DNA of 64,000 nt from Neoechinorhynchus agilis. Lineage: Eukaryota; Animalia; Acanthocephala. Of this stretch, positions 12,200 through 24,031 are shown piece after piece. The notes under the pieces are model-generated. The model did no database searches. It was not told the DNA's origin and saw nothing but the letters and a program-made list of their open reading frames with translations. Position 1 is the stretch's first letter, and each line of letters opens with the position of its first letter. The stretch is from positions 10,245,480 to 10,309,479 of the forward strand of contig CM121342.1 in the NCBI GenBank assembly GCA_051530055.1. Reading direction: 5' to 3'. The translations under genes were made by a program, and so were the position numbers.

Positions 12200-13490
12200 T
12201 CCTGATTGTGTTTTTTAATATCGAACTTCGCAGCGAATGCGATAGTGAAATACTGGAAAAGCCATTTCTAATTTTTTACATCTCAACAAACGACATACCT
12301 TTTGTCCCATTGCTGATTGGGAGTGCCAGACCCGTGTTTCTGGACTGCTGTTTTGGTCCTCTGAAGCCCCTGAGATTGTGCAATGGAGGTAGTTTCAAAC
12401 TAAAGTTCGACTTATTGCCCTCCATCGTATTTTTCGTCGAAGCAATCACCATTGCTTCCATTATAAGACGTCTTAGTAGGACAGGTTGGGAGGAGATAAA
12501 GCTGGCTTCATCAAAGGCTATCCTGTGCTGCACCCTCTCCGTGTGATTAGCGATTGCCGATGAATGTTCAAATCGTTTGCACGCATATTTATGCTGAGCA
12601 ATCCGTATTAGCAACCCTTGTTTGGTTTGGCCGATATACGAAGCCTTGCAGTCCTTGCATGGTATTCGATAGACTCCTTACTCTATAGGGTGTTCCAGTT
12701 TGTTCTTGAAAAGTCCGTCCAGGCTTCCTTCCTTCTTAGCGTAGAGTACGACGTTTGGATCGATATGCTTCAAATCTCGTTCGAGTATATGCAGGGTTGT
12801 GTCATCCACAAATCTGATCCCCAGAAATATGCGGTTTTCGGATCCTAGTCTGGTTACAATGTTAGAAGCGATACCACGTGCTCGTCTCCTTGCCAATTTT
12901 AAGACCAATTCAGGAAAACCTCTCCTTCTTAGTACGTCAGTTACTTTTTTGAGTTCAGTTTCCCTGCTTAGAGTGGTCGAGCAGATCCTATATATCCTGG
13001 TCATTAAAGTTATGGCTGAGAATATTTTGTATTTCATGGGTCTGTGAGTTGACCATTGAGGTGAGCCCATGGTGTACCTGGTTTCCGAAACACGGTGAAA
13101 ACCCTATCACATCGCCGAGAAACTTCTACATCCAGAAAGGTTATCTTATTTCCAATTTCTCGGTTGATCGTCCATTGAATACAAGGATGGATCTTATTCA
13201 ACGTGGCTATAACATCATCTTCGTTCAGATTTTGTTCGGTTATAAAAAACGCATCATCGACATATTTCCAAATTTTAATTAAGCCCGGGATCATGTTGTA
13301 CAGATCCTTTTCCCAGTGGCTCAAGTACAACTCAGCCAAAGTTAGTGCTAAGGGCTAACCCATCGCGACACCGTAGCATTGCTCATAGAAATGACCCTGA
13401 AATTTAAGAGCTGTTTTCTTAGTGCACCAATATAGTAATTGTACCCAATCATCTTCACCCATGTTCGGCATTTCATCGCTTTTTTCTTTG
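12200..13490 (-). mobile_element. Second Penelope-like element (RT C-half + GIY-YIG), frameshifted, tail-to-tail with the first
   Basis: GVAMG*PLALTLAELYL, KYVDDAF, IQWTINRE...ITFLDV; GIY-YIG C-part RIAQHK...SSAIANH...EAMVI. Confidence 0.9.
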
Positions 13491-13603
13491 TGTCTTAGCC
13501 GCCAACTTTACAACAAAAAAAACATTCAGTTTTTAGAAACTGTTTATTAAATCTAATATGTCTATTATTAACGATAATAGTAGGTTAAATTCAACGAATT
13601 CCT

Positions 13604-14101
13604 CTAAAACCACCCGTGAACTGGGCAATAGTTCTTTTTGGGTCGGTACTTCCCTTCGAGATTCTGCCTTGACTTTTGACTATTCAAAACCTTATTGCGT
13701 AGGTTCAGTGTTTCGGTTCCATTGTCCATTTTCTTATACATTTCATGAATTTTAAGAAGATAAGTATCAGGCCTTGCATAGCTCATAATCTTGTCAACAG
13801 GTTTAGAACCTTCGTATGTGACGAGTAGAGATCGTCCATCGTAACTGACGGATTTGCAAGTTTCCTTCGCTGCATCGTGATCGCAGTTCACGACAACCAA
13901 AGGAATATCGGGAAAATGTTTGATTATCTCTGACATGATCTCCAAATTTCGATCATATTTAATCGCACCAGTTGAATTGAACAGCACTAATGCAGCCTTC
14001 AAAGGATTCATCTTCTGTGTGAACGCGATCGTATGATCTAACATCCGTAGACCGTAGCTCATTTGCGTAATTAAACATATAAAGATAACAACCACGAGCA
14101 T
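13604..14101 (-). CDS. Secreted 165-aa protein, possible redox-inactive thioredoxin-like fold
   Basis: Hydrophobic N-terminal signal peptide; VVVNCD....TCK...YDG..LL.Y.G.KPV resembles the second half of PDI-type Trx domains; no CxxC motif. Confidence 0.55.
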   Translation of the reverse strand: MLVVVIFICLITQMSYGLRMLDHTIAFTQKMNPLKAALVLFNSTGAIKYDRNLEIMSEIIKHFPDIPLVVVNCDHDAAKETCKSVSYDGRSLLVTYEGSKPVDKIMSYARPDTYLLKIHEMYKKMDNGTETLNLRNKVLNSQKSRQNLEGKYRPKKNYCPVHGWF

Positions 14102-15643
14102 TTCTATCTTTGGCTTCGATGTTGTTCACAAGCACTTCTCTTAATCGATTTGAACGGGTTGAAATGAACGTGGTAAGTTTAACAACTTTGTATCTATTGA
14201 AAGCAAAGATCATGCGTTTAGTATTGGTAAACTTATTTTAATATTTACTAGCTCCAAAATATTTTGCGCCTTTCAAAAAATTTGTTTTTAAGGTAATAGG
14301 ATACAAATATCATCCATTAATATTCCTAAAAGTTACCATGATTCGTGACACGGATTATAGCCTAGAAAGGATCAACAAGTTCTCAAATGAGCACACCATT
14401 GCCTTAAAATAAATAAAGTTTAAATCCATCTACGATGAAAATAACGACAATGTCCCTTGGAAATCTAGTGTTAAACGATATATCGTGCAGTACTAATGAA
14501 ATTCTACGTTAAAAGCATCTCGTAAAATTTGGAATGCATTTATCGTTGTAATAAATTGAAGAACTTGAATATTAAATAATAAAAAATGATTTATGGACTG
14601 ACATCTCCTTTCTTTTCGAATACAGTGGTTACATTAAAAAAAACTAATGCGGTTTGTATTCCTTATTTTTGCATCGATTATAAAATCTGAAAAGGACGAT
14701 TTTAAATCGGATAACTTACTTAAAGCAATAATGTCATTTCCATAAAGTTTTTTGAGCAATTTATAATCTTAAACAGGGTGGAAATCATAAATTAAGGCAC
14801 TACACCTTTTACTAAAAGTGATTTATAAACAACCATTGAAATTTATCATCTGCTTAAAATTGAAAAACATCAAAGTATTTATATTTTGTTCATGTGACCA
14901 ATTTTAAATTCGAAAAGTAATTTACAAAATAACAGCATTAATCCCTTTACTAAAACAATAAAAATTTATCATTAATCTTATTAACATCAAAAGTACTAGA
15001 TCCCAAATTGAATATTAACACGTTCTTTTTCCCACTCAAAAGCAATTGATGTTAAAAAATTACGATGGGAACGGTGAAACATCTTTATTCTCCAATTGCC
15101 TCGATCGCACAAAGAAATTAAAAGTCTTGATTTAAGAAAGATGACGAACAGCAGAGCCAATCCTTTTACTGAAAATAAGTAGAAAATGACCCATAATCCG
15201 TGTTATCGGCGGTTTTCCCGCATTTCCAGTTACCAGTTGTTTTTCAATACATTTCGACTTTTTAAAAACGTGATAGTAAACAAAAATAATTAGTAAATAC
15301 TCATTAATCTTTATAGGCAGCCTAATAAAATCGAAGCATTAGTAATCGGAATTTTCGTGCGGAAACATAAGGATATTAAAAAGGTTTTCACATCACTCAT
15401 TTTCGAAAATGCACTTTGACATAAAAACAGTGGCAAAATTGTCGTTAATTTGCATTTTCTTTGATTTGTCTATTTAATTCGCACGGTTATGCGTAAGAAA
15501 TTTCCTGGGACAAAATCTACACACCAAGAATTTCCAAGATCGTATGAGCTACAAATAACGATGCTAAATATTCATTCCCGTTCATTGGGAGACAACAACT
15601 TTATGATTACCGCATACACACCCTCGCCCGACCACGGACGGCT

Positions 15644-17443
15644 TCAATCATCCTCCCACCAATCCCTTTTAGGAAGCGATGTTCTTCGATTCGGTTCTTG
15701 TTGTTGTTGTTGTTGTTGCTGCTGCTGTTGTTGGTCTGTACCATTTCCCGCTCCACTGAATCTCCTAAAATCGTATCCACCGTAATTTGCGGTGGATCTT
15801 TGACTAGATCGCTGAGAGTTCCACCCTCCATAGGGTCTTCTCCCACTCGTTTCACGTGCCTGTAAGGCACAAGTGCGCAGAAAATCAGGGATGTCCTGTT
15901 TGGCCTCTTTGAGTAAATTAACCAATCCTTGAACAATGTTCTTGTTTTTATTGGTAAACAACGCAGTGGCCTTTCCTTGGTTCCCTACACGACCTGTTCG
16001 TCCAATTCGATGAACGTATTCATCAATATCTGTAGGAAGGTCATAATTTATAACATGTTTAACGTTTGGTACATCAATACCACGAGCTGCGACGGCTGTT
16101 GCAACCAGAATATTGGCGCCACCTCTTCTAAATTCTCCTAACGCCTTTTCCCGTTCGATTTGCGATCGATCACCATGAATACATTGCGCTTGATATCCTG
16201 AATTGATCAAATACCGATAAAGACTATCAGCGCCACGTTTAGTCTCCACAAATACCAACGTGAGTTCACTTGGATTCTGTTGAAGAAGTTCAGTCAAGAC
16301 TTTAGTTTTCTCGTGTTCATCAACCCACACAATCTGCTGTTTGATATTTTCACTCGTTGAACCAACACGACCGACACAAAGGAAGATGTAGTTGTGCAAG
16401 AATGCAGAAGCCAGTTCTTGGATCTCACGTGGAAACGTCGCTGAAAACATTAGAGTTTGACGTTGACCAGTTGCGGGAACTTCTTGAAGGATCCGACGTA
16501 TTTGAGGTTCGAATCCCATATCAAGCATTCGATCGGCTTCATCAAGAACTAAAAATTTCACATTGTTAAGATTGAAGTTTCTAGGGGATCTTCGGACAAT
16601 ATCAATAAGTCTTCCTGGTGTTGCAGCCAAAACATCGACCCCACGACGAAGTTCGTCGAGTTGCGCGAGTATATTCGTGCCACCGTAGACGGTTACAACG
16701 CGAAGATTGGTATTAAAGCTAAACCGACGGGCTTCTTGGTAGATCTGAAGACAGAGTTCACGGGTTGGCGTCAGAATAAGACATCTCGGACCGTAAGGAC
16801 AACCTTCGGTTAACAAATGATGAATTATCGGAATCAAAAAAGCAGCGGTCTTTCCGGAACCGGTTTGAGCGCATGCCATCAAATCGCGCTTGTTAAGCAC
16901 AACAGCAACGCCGTTCTTCTGAACCGGAGTTGGTTTTGAGTACCGAGCCCGGGCTATGTTAGCAGCCAATCGTTCGTGAAGTTGCAAAGCTTCAAAAGTT
17001 TCAAATGATTCCGGCGGATCTTGTCCACTTAGGGACACAGGGATTTTTTCGTAATCGTCAAAATTAATACCGGCACCCGTGTTACCGAACAAGTCGTCTT
17101 CGCTGTAATGAAACTGATGATCAGGTTGAGACTGCCGTCGTCCAAGTACGGGTAATGAATGATCTTGACGTGAAGTCGATGATGGATATACAGGATGCGA
17201 TACTTGGCGATAAAGAGGCACTTGGCGCGATCTTTGGTCATCGTCAACACGACGTCGGCCCGTATTTTCGTGATTTTGATCCGATTTTCCACCCCGATTT
17301 TGATACCGGCCTCGTACTTGAGATGATCTTTGTTCATTCAAGGCTTGGCCTAATGCTTCCCAGCGAGATAACTTCCTTCTCGTATCTCCTCCTGGCCCGG
17401 GTAATGTACCCTTCGACTGCCGCCACGAATCATGCGAATCCAT
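15644..17443 (-). CDS. DDX3: DEAD-box RNA helicase of the DDX3/PL10/Ded1 family
   Basis: GINFDDYEKIPV, Q-motif PTPVQK, AQTGSGKT, PTREL, TPGRL, DEAD, SAT, ARGID, HRIGRTGRVG; C-terminal DWW; single 599-aa ORF. Confidence 0.95.
   Translation of the reverse strand: MDSHDSWRQSKGTLPGPGGDTRRKLSRWEALGQALNEQRSSQVRGRYQNRGGKSDQNHENTGRRRVDDDQRSRQVPLYRQVSHPVYPSSTSRQDHSLPVLGRRQSQPDHQFHYSEDDLFGNTGAGINFDDYEKIPVSLSGQDPPESFETFEALQLHERLAANIARARYSKPTPVQKNGVAVVLNKRDLMACAQTGSGKTAAFLIPIIHHLLTEGCPYGPRCLILTPTRELCLQIYQEARRFSFNTNLRVVTVYGGTNILAQLDELRRGVDVLAATPGRLIDIVRRSPRNFNLNNVKFLVLDEADRMLDMGFEPQIRRILQEVPATGQRQTLMFSATFPREIQELASAFLHNYIFLCVGRVGSTSENIKQQIVWVDEHEKTKVLTELLQQNPSELTLVFVETKRGADSLYRYLINSGYQAQCIHGDRSQIEREKALGEFRRGGANILVATAVAARGIDVPNVKHVINYDLPTDIDEYVHRIGRTGRVGNQGKATALFTNKNKNIVQGLVNLLKEAKQDIPDFLRTCALQARETSGRRPYGGWNSQRSSQRSTANYGGYDFRRFSGAGNGTDQQQQQQQQQQQQEPNRRTSLPKRDWWEDD
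15693..15735 (-). repeat. CAA/CAG microsatellite encoding poly-Gln in the DDX3 tail
   Basis: Plus strand (ttg)n/(ctg)n run; translated as a poly-Q tract. Confidence 0.95.
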
Positions 17444-17849
17444 TATGCTGAAATAAGGTTTTAAAAATGCACTAAGTGCGGATAATCTCCATCCAACGAT
17501 CGTGAAGAAATTCGCAGAAAGAATTCAAACTACGTCTTTCTTTTCTAAAAGGAAAGATACTCTCTTTTCGTCTACCTTTTACACTCATTTGTTTACGGTT
17601 TCCATCAATGCTATGAGATTGTGTCACCTTTGAAAAAGTAAGACACAAAAAATAAAATGTTAGTGATCCTAAAAAAATTGGGTACTGACGGGTTCTTCCA
17701 AAATATTTCTGTGAAACCACTGCTACATATTAAATATCGAAATCTCGGTTTTTAAACCCTAAATTTATCTCTATAAGAAAAAGAAGGGAAAATGGCCGCT
17801 AGCGGCGAAATTTAGCAACGTAAGCCTGTAAATGGTTAACGTCCCATCT

Positions 17850-20800
17850 CAGATTCGCAATTAATAAGCCATAATTTTTATTCCGACGAATCACGTAATT
17901 TCCACTAACATCTGAATTATTCTTGAGGTCAATAAATTCACAAAAACGGAATTTCTTGCATAAAAGAATGACTGCGACCTTTATCGGTATGTAAAGCAGA
18001 AATTTTAATTGGTTATTTTGAAAAAAACCTTTAAAAAAGCAGATGCAAAGTCGTATTTAAGATTCGCAATTCGTAAGCCATGGTTTTTATTGCGACGAAT
18101 CACGTAATTTCAACTTACATCTGAATTATTCTTGAGGTCAATAAAATTCATAATAACGGAATTTCTTGCATAAAAGAATAACTGCGACCTTTATCGGTCA
18201 GTATGTACAGTAGATGGTTACCTCGAAAAAACTTTTAAAAAAGAAGATGCAAAGTCGTATTTGAGATTCGCGATTCATGAGCCATAATTTTTATTCCGAC
18301 GAATCACGTAATTTCCACTAACATCTGAATTATTCTTGAGGTCAATAAATTCACAAAAACGGAATTTCTTGCATAAAAGAATGACTGCGACCTTTATCGG
18401 TATGTAAAGCAGAAATTTTAATTGGTTATTTTGAAAAAACCTTTAAAAAAAGCAGATGCAAAGTCGTATTTAAGATTCGCAATTCGTAAGCCATGGTTTT
18501 TATTGCGACGAATCACGTAATTTCAACTTACATCTGAATTATTCTTGAGGTCAATAAAATTCATAATAACGGAATTTCTTGCATAAAAGAATAACTGCGA
18601 CCTTTATCGGTCAGTATGTACAGTAGATGGTTACCTCGAAAAAACTTTTAAAAAAGAAGATGCAAAGTCGTATTTGAGATTCGCGATTCATGAGCCATAA
18701 TTTTTATTCCGACGAATCACGTAATTTCCACTAACATCTGAATTATACTAGAGGTCAATAAAATTCATGATAAAAGAATTTCTTGTATAAAAGAATAACT
18801 GCTACCTTTATCGGTATGTGAAGTAGAAATTTTAACTGGTTATTTTGAAAAAACAAAAAAACAAGATGCAAAGTCGTACTTAATATTCGCAATTCATAAG
18901 TCATAGTCGTATTTAAGATTCGCGATTTATAAGCAATAATTTTTATTCCGACATATCACGTAATTTCAACTTACATCTGAATTATTCTTGAGGTCAATAA
19001 ATTCATAATAACGGAATTTCTTGCATAAAAGAATGACTGCGACCTTTATCGGTAAGTATGGAAAGTAGAATTTTTAATTGGTTACCTTGAAAAAACTAAA
19101 AAAAGATGCAAAATCGTATTTAAGATTCGCGATTCAGAAGCCATGATTTTTATTGCGACGAATCACGTAATTTCCAATAACATCTGAATTATTCTTGAGG
19201 TCAATAAATTCATAATAACGGAATTTCTTGCATAAAAGAATGACTGCGACCTTTATCGGTCCGTATGTAAAGTAGAAATATGAAAATTTTAATTGGTTAC
19301 CTTGAAAAAACTAAAAAAGAGATGCAAAATCGTATTTAAGATTCGCGATTCATAAGCCATAATTTTTATTCCGACATATCACGTAATTTCAACTTACATC
19401 TGAATTATTCTTGAGGTCAATAAATTCATAATAACGGAATTTCTTGCATAAAAGAATGACTGCGACCTTTATCGGTAAGTATGGAAAGTAAATTTTTAAT
19501 TGGTTACCTGAAAAAACTAAAAAAAAGATGCAAAATCGTATTTAAGATTCGGGATTCATAAGCCATAATTTTTATTCCGACGAATCACGTAATTTCAACT
19601 TACATCTGAATTATTCTTGAGGTCAATAAATTCATAATAACGGAATTTCTTGCATAAAAGAATGACTGCGACCTTTATCGGTAAGTATGGAAAGTAGAAT
19701 TTTTAATTGGTTACCTTGAAAAAACTAAAAAAAAGATGCAAAATCGTATTTAAGATTCGCGATTCATAAGCCATAATTTTTATTCCGACATATCACGTAA
19801 TTTCAACTTACATCTGAATTATTCTTGAGGTCAATAAATTCATAATAACGGAATTTCTTGCATAAAAGAATGATTGCGACCTTTATCGGTAAGTATGGAA
19901 AGTAGAATTTTGAATTGGTTACCTTGAAAAAACTAAAAAAAGATGCAAAATCGTATTTAAGATTCGGGATTCATAAGCCATAATTTTTATTCCGACGAAT
20001 CACGTAATTTCAACTTACATCTGAATTATTCTTGAGGTCAATAAATTCATAATAACGGAATTTCTTGCATAAAAGAATGACTGCGACCTTTATCGGTAAG
20101 TATGGAAAAAGAATTTTTAATGGTTACCTTGAAAAATAAATCAAAAAAGTGCAAATCGTATTTAAGATTCGCGATTCATAGCCATAATTTTTATTCCGAC
20201 GAATCGTAATTTCAACTAACATCTGAATTATTCTTGAGGTCAAAAATAACGGAATTTCTTGCATAAAAGAATGACTGCGACCTTTATCGGTAAGTATGGA
20301 AAGTAGAATTTTTAATTGGTTACCTTGAAAAAACTAAAAAAAAGATGCAAAATCGTATTTAAGATTCGCGATTCATAAGCCATAATTTTTATTCCGACAT
20401 ATCACGTAATTTCAACTTACATCTGAATTATTCTTGAGGTCAATAAATTCATAATAACGGAATTTCTTGCATAAAAGAATGATTGCGACCTTTATCGGTA
20501 AGTATGGAAAGTAGAATTTTGAATTGGTTACCTTGAAAAAACTAAAAAAAAGATGCAAAATCGTATTAAAGATTCGGGATTCATAAGCCATAATTTTTAT
20601 TCCGACGAATCACGTAATTTCAACTTACATCTGAATTATTCTTGAGGTCAATAAATTCATAATAACGGAATTTCTTGCATAAAAGAATGACTGCGACCTT
20701 TATCGGTAAGTATGGAAAATAGAATTTTTAATTGGTTACCTTGAAAAAACTAAAAAAAGATGCAAAATCGTATTTAAGATTCGGGATTCATAAGCCATAA

Positions 20801-22915
20801 TTTTTATTCCGACGAATCACGTAATTTCAACTTACATCTGAATTATTCTTGAGGTCAATAAATTCATAATAACGGAATTTCTTGCGTAAAAGAATGACTG
20901 CGACCTTTATCGGTCCGTAGGTAAAGTAGAAATATGAACAATTTTAATTGGTTACCTTGAAAAAACTAAAAAACGAGATGCAAAGTCGTATTTAAGATTC
21001 GCGATTCATAAGCCATAATTTTTATTCCGACGAATCACGTAATTTCAACTTACATCTGAATTATTCTTGAGGTCAATAAATTCATAATAACGGAATTTCT
21101 TGCATAAAAGAATGACTGCGACCTTTATCGGTCAGTATGTAAAGTAGAAATAATTTTAATTGGTTACCTTGAAAAAACTAAAAAACAAGATGCAAAGTCG
21201 TATTTAAGATTCGCGATTCATAAGCCATAATTTTTATTCCGACGAATCACGTAATTTCAACTAACATCTGAATTATTCTTGAGGTCAATAAATTCATAAT
21301 AACGGAATTTCTTGCATAAAAGAATGACTGCGACCTTTATCGGTAAGTATGGAAAGTAGAATATTTTAATTGGTTACCTTGAAAAAACTAAAAAAAGATG
21401 CAAAATCGTATTTAAGATTCGCGATTCATAAGCCATAATTTTTATTCCGACGAATCACGTAATTTCAACTTACATCTGAATTATTCTTGAGGTCAATAAA
21501 TTCATAATAACGGAATTTCTTGCATAAAAGAATGACTGCGACCTTTATCGGTAAGTATGGAAAGTAGAATTTTTAATTGGTTACCTTGAAAAAACTAAAA
21601 AAAAGATGCAAAATCGTATTTAAGATTCGCGATTCATAAGCCATAATTTTTATTCCGACGAATCACGTAATTTCAACTAACATCTGAATTATTCTTGAGG
21701 TCAATAAATTCATAATAACGGAATTTCTTGCATAAAAGAATGACTGCGACCTTTATCGGTCCGTATGTAAAGTAGAATAATTTTAATTGGTTACCTTGAA
21801 AAAACTAAAAAAAGATGCAAAGTCGTATTTAAGATTCGCGATTCATAAGCCATAATTTTTATTCCGACGAATCACGTAATTTCAACTAACATCTGAATTA
21901 TTCTTGAGGTCAATAAATTCATAATAAAAGAATTTCTTGCATAAAAGGATAACTGCGACCTTTATCGGTCAGTATGTAAAGTAGAAATATGAACAATTTT
22001 AATTGGTTACCTTGAAAAAACTAAAAAACGAGATGGAAAGTCGTATTTAAGATTCGCGATTCATAAGCCATAATTTTTATTCCGACATATCACGTAATTT
22101 CAACTTACATCTGAATTATTCTTGAGGTCAATAAATTCATAATAACGGAATTTCTTGCATAAAAGAATGACTGCGACCTTTATCGGTAAGTATGGAAAGT
22201 AGAATTTTTAATTGGTTACCTTGAAAAAACTAAAAAAAAGATGCAAAATCGTATTTAAGATTCGGGATTCATAAGCCATAATTTTTATTCCGACGAATCA
22301 CGTAATTTCAACTTACATCTGAATTATTCTTGAGGTCAATAAATTCATAATAACGGTATTTCTTGCATAAAAGAATGACTGCGACCTTTATCGGTCCGTA
22401 TGTAAAGTAGAAATATGAACAATTTTAATTGGTTACCTTGAAAAAACTAAAAAAAGATGCAAAATCGTATTTAAGATTCGCGATTCATAAGCCATAATTT
22501 TTATTCCGACGAATCACGTAATTTAAACTAACATCTGAATTATTCTTGAGGTCAATAAATTTATAATAAAAGAATTTCTTGCATAAAAGAATAACTGCGA
22601 CCTTTATCGGTCCGTATGTAAAGTAGAAATATGAACAAAAAAACTATAAATACAATATGCAAAGTCGTATTTAAGATTCGCGATTCATAAGCAATAATTT
22701 TTATTCCGACAAATCACGTAATTTCCACTAACATCTGAATTATTCTTAAGGTCAATAAAATTCAGAATAACGGAATTTCTTGCATAAAAGAATGACTGCG
22801 ACCTTCATCGGTCAGTATGTAAAGTAGAATTATAAACAATTTTAATTTGTTACTTTGGAATAACTTTTAAAAAAGGAAGATGCATAGTCGTATCTGAGAT
22901 TTGCAATTCTTAGGT
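17850..22915. repeat. Tandem array, ~24 copies of a ~207-bp unit, with higher-order duplications
   Basis: 24 counted occurrences of the (ga)ctgcgacctttatcggt motif or its variants, ~200-230 bp apart; edge copies more diverged than central ones. Confidence 0.97.
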
Positions 22916-24031
22916 CAAAAAAGATTGTTAAGATCTTAATAAATTTAAATCGCATTAGCCACGAAATGATATCTGAGTTGGGAGATATTGAATTTTACAC
23001 TTCTTGAAAGCATTTTATTCATATTCTAAAGTAAAAGAGCGTAAATGTGACGAGTTTAGTGAAGGTAGTTGAGTTATGATTCATCGGTATTATCTTGAAT
23101 GAAAGGCGATATCCGATTTAACAGTACAAATCCGCCTCAATTCAACAATAAAATATGCGAGAAATTCCTTCCTTGTCGGGGCGGCATACGCAAGTGAACC
23201 TAAAACAAACATCGGCATTACTCAGGTAAATGGGAGGGCGTGCAACATTTCATCTTGGTAAAAAATTATGACTAGTTGTTTGTTTCCGTCATGCATGTTA
23301 CTTGCAACTTTACAGTCCGCCATTTTCGCAACAGCGTTATCCTGTGGATTGGTTATTATCGGGCAAAATGTATGTCAAACCCCTGTTTCTGGACTCAATG
23401 TCCACTGGAACCGCTGAGGTAGAGAACAACTGCCTTTTCAATGGCAATTTTAAACTGATATGCTCGCTTAATTACCTCAAATCGGTTAAACTGAGCTGAA
23501 TTATTTATATTTGATACAGATATCAAGGAGTTAAATTTTTATCCGGAAGATTATAATACCCTTGGAGCTACAAGAATATAGAACATTTTCTTTCTTAAAG
23601 AGAATTTTCTTTTTTTTAAAGTATGGCAAGGAGGTAGCTTTTCAGTATCTGTGTGTGGCATTTACATGGCTGCCTTTTATTGACTCAACTCGGACCATTT
23701 CATTGTGGTTATTTATAAATTAAGAAATTAGTTTTTCTCCTTTGTAGCCGTCACAGCTGAGTTACAGGAATTCGTACTTGCGAAAATGTCGTTATTATCC
23801 AACGTGAAATATCGGAAATAAATTTGTGATCTCGAATCCAAGGGAGGTGGCATATCTATGAAAAAGTCTCATCGCCTCACCACAGGCAACAAACCAAGAC
23901 AGAATTTATTTATCGACAGATTATTTGCAATTCTTACATTGAATGATCCGTGGATTCTTTCGTGGTTGAGAGAACGTCACATTTTAGAATCTGGCATTTT
24001 CGCGTATTTTTATTGGCTGTCATAATTCTTC

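Noticed and set aside
15489-17451. Antisense and shifted ORFs over DDX3, including a poly-Cys ORF
   Set aside because: Shadow frames of the helicase and its CAA/CAG repeat.
17850-22915. CRISPR array
   Set aside because: Whole units repeat with no unique spacers, the context is eukaryotic, and no cas genes are present.
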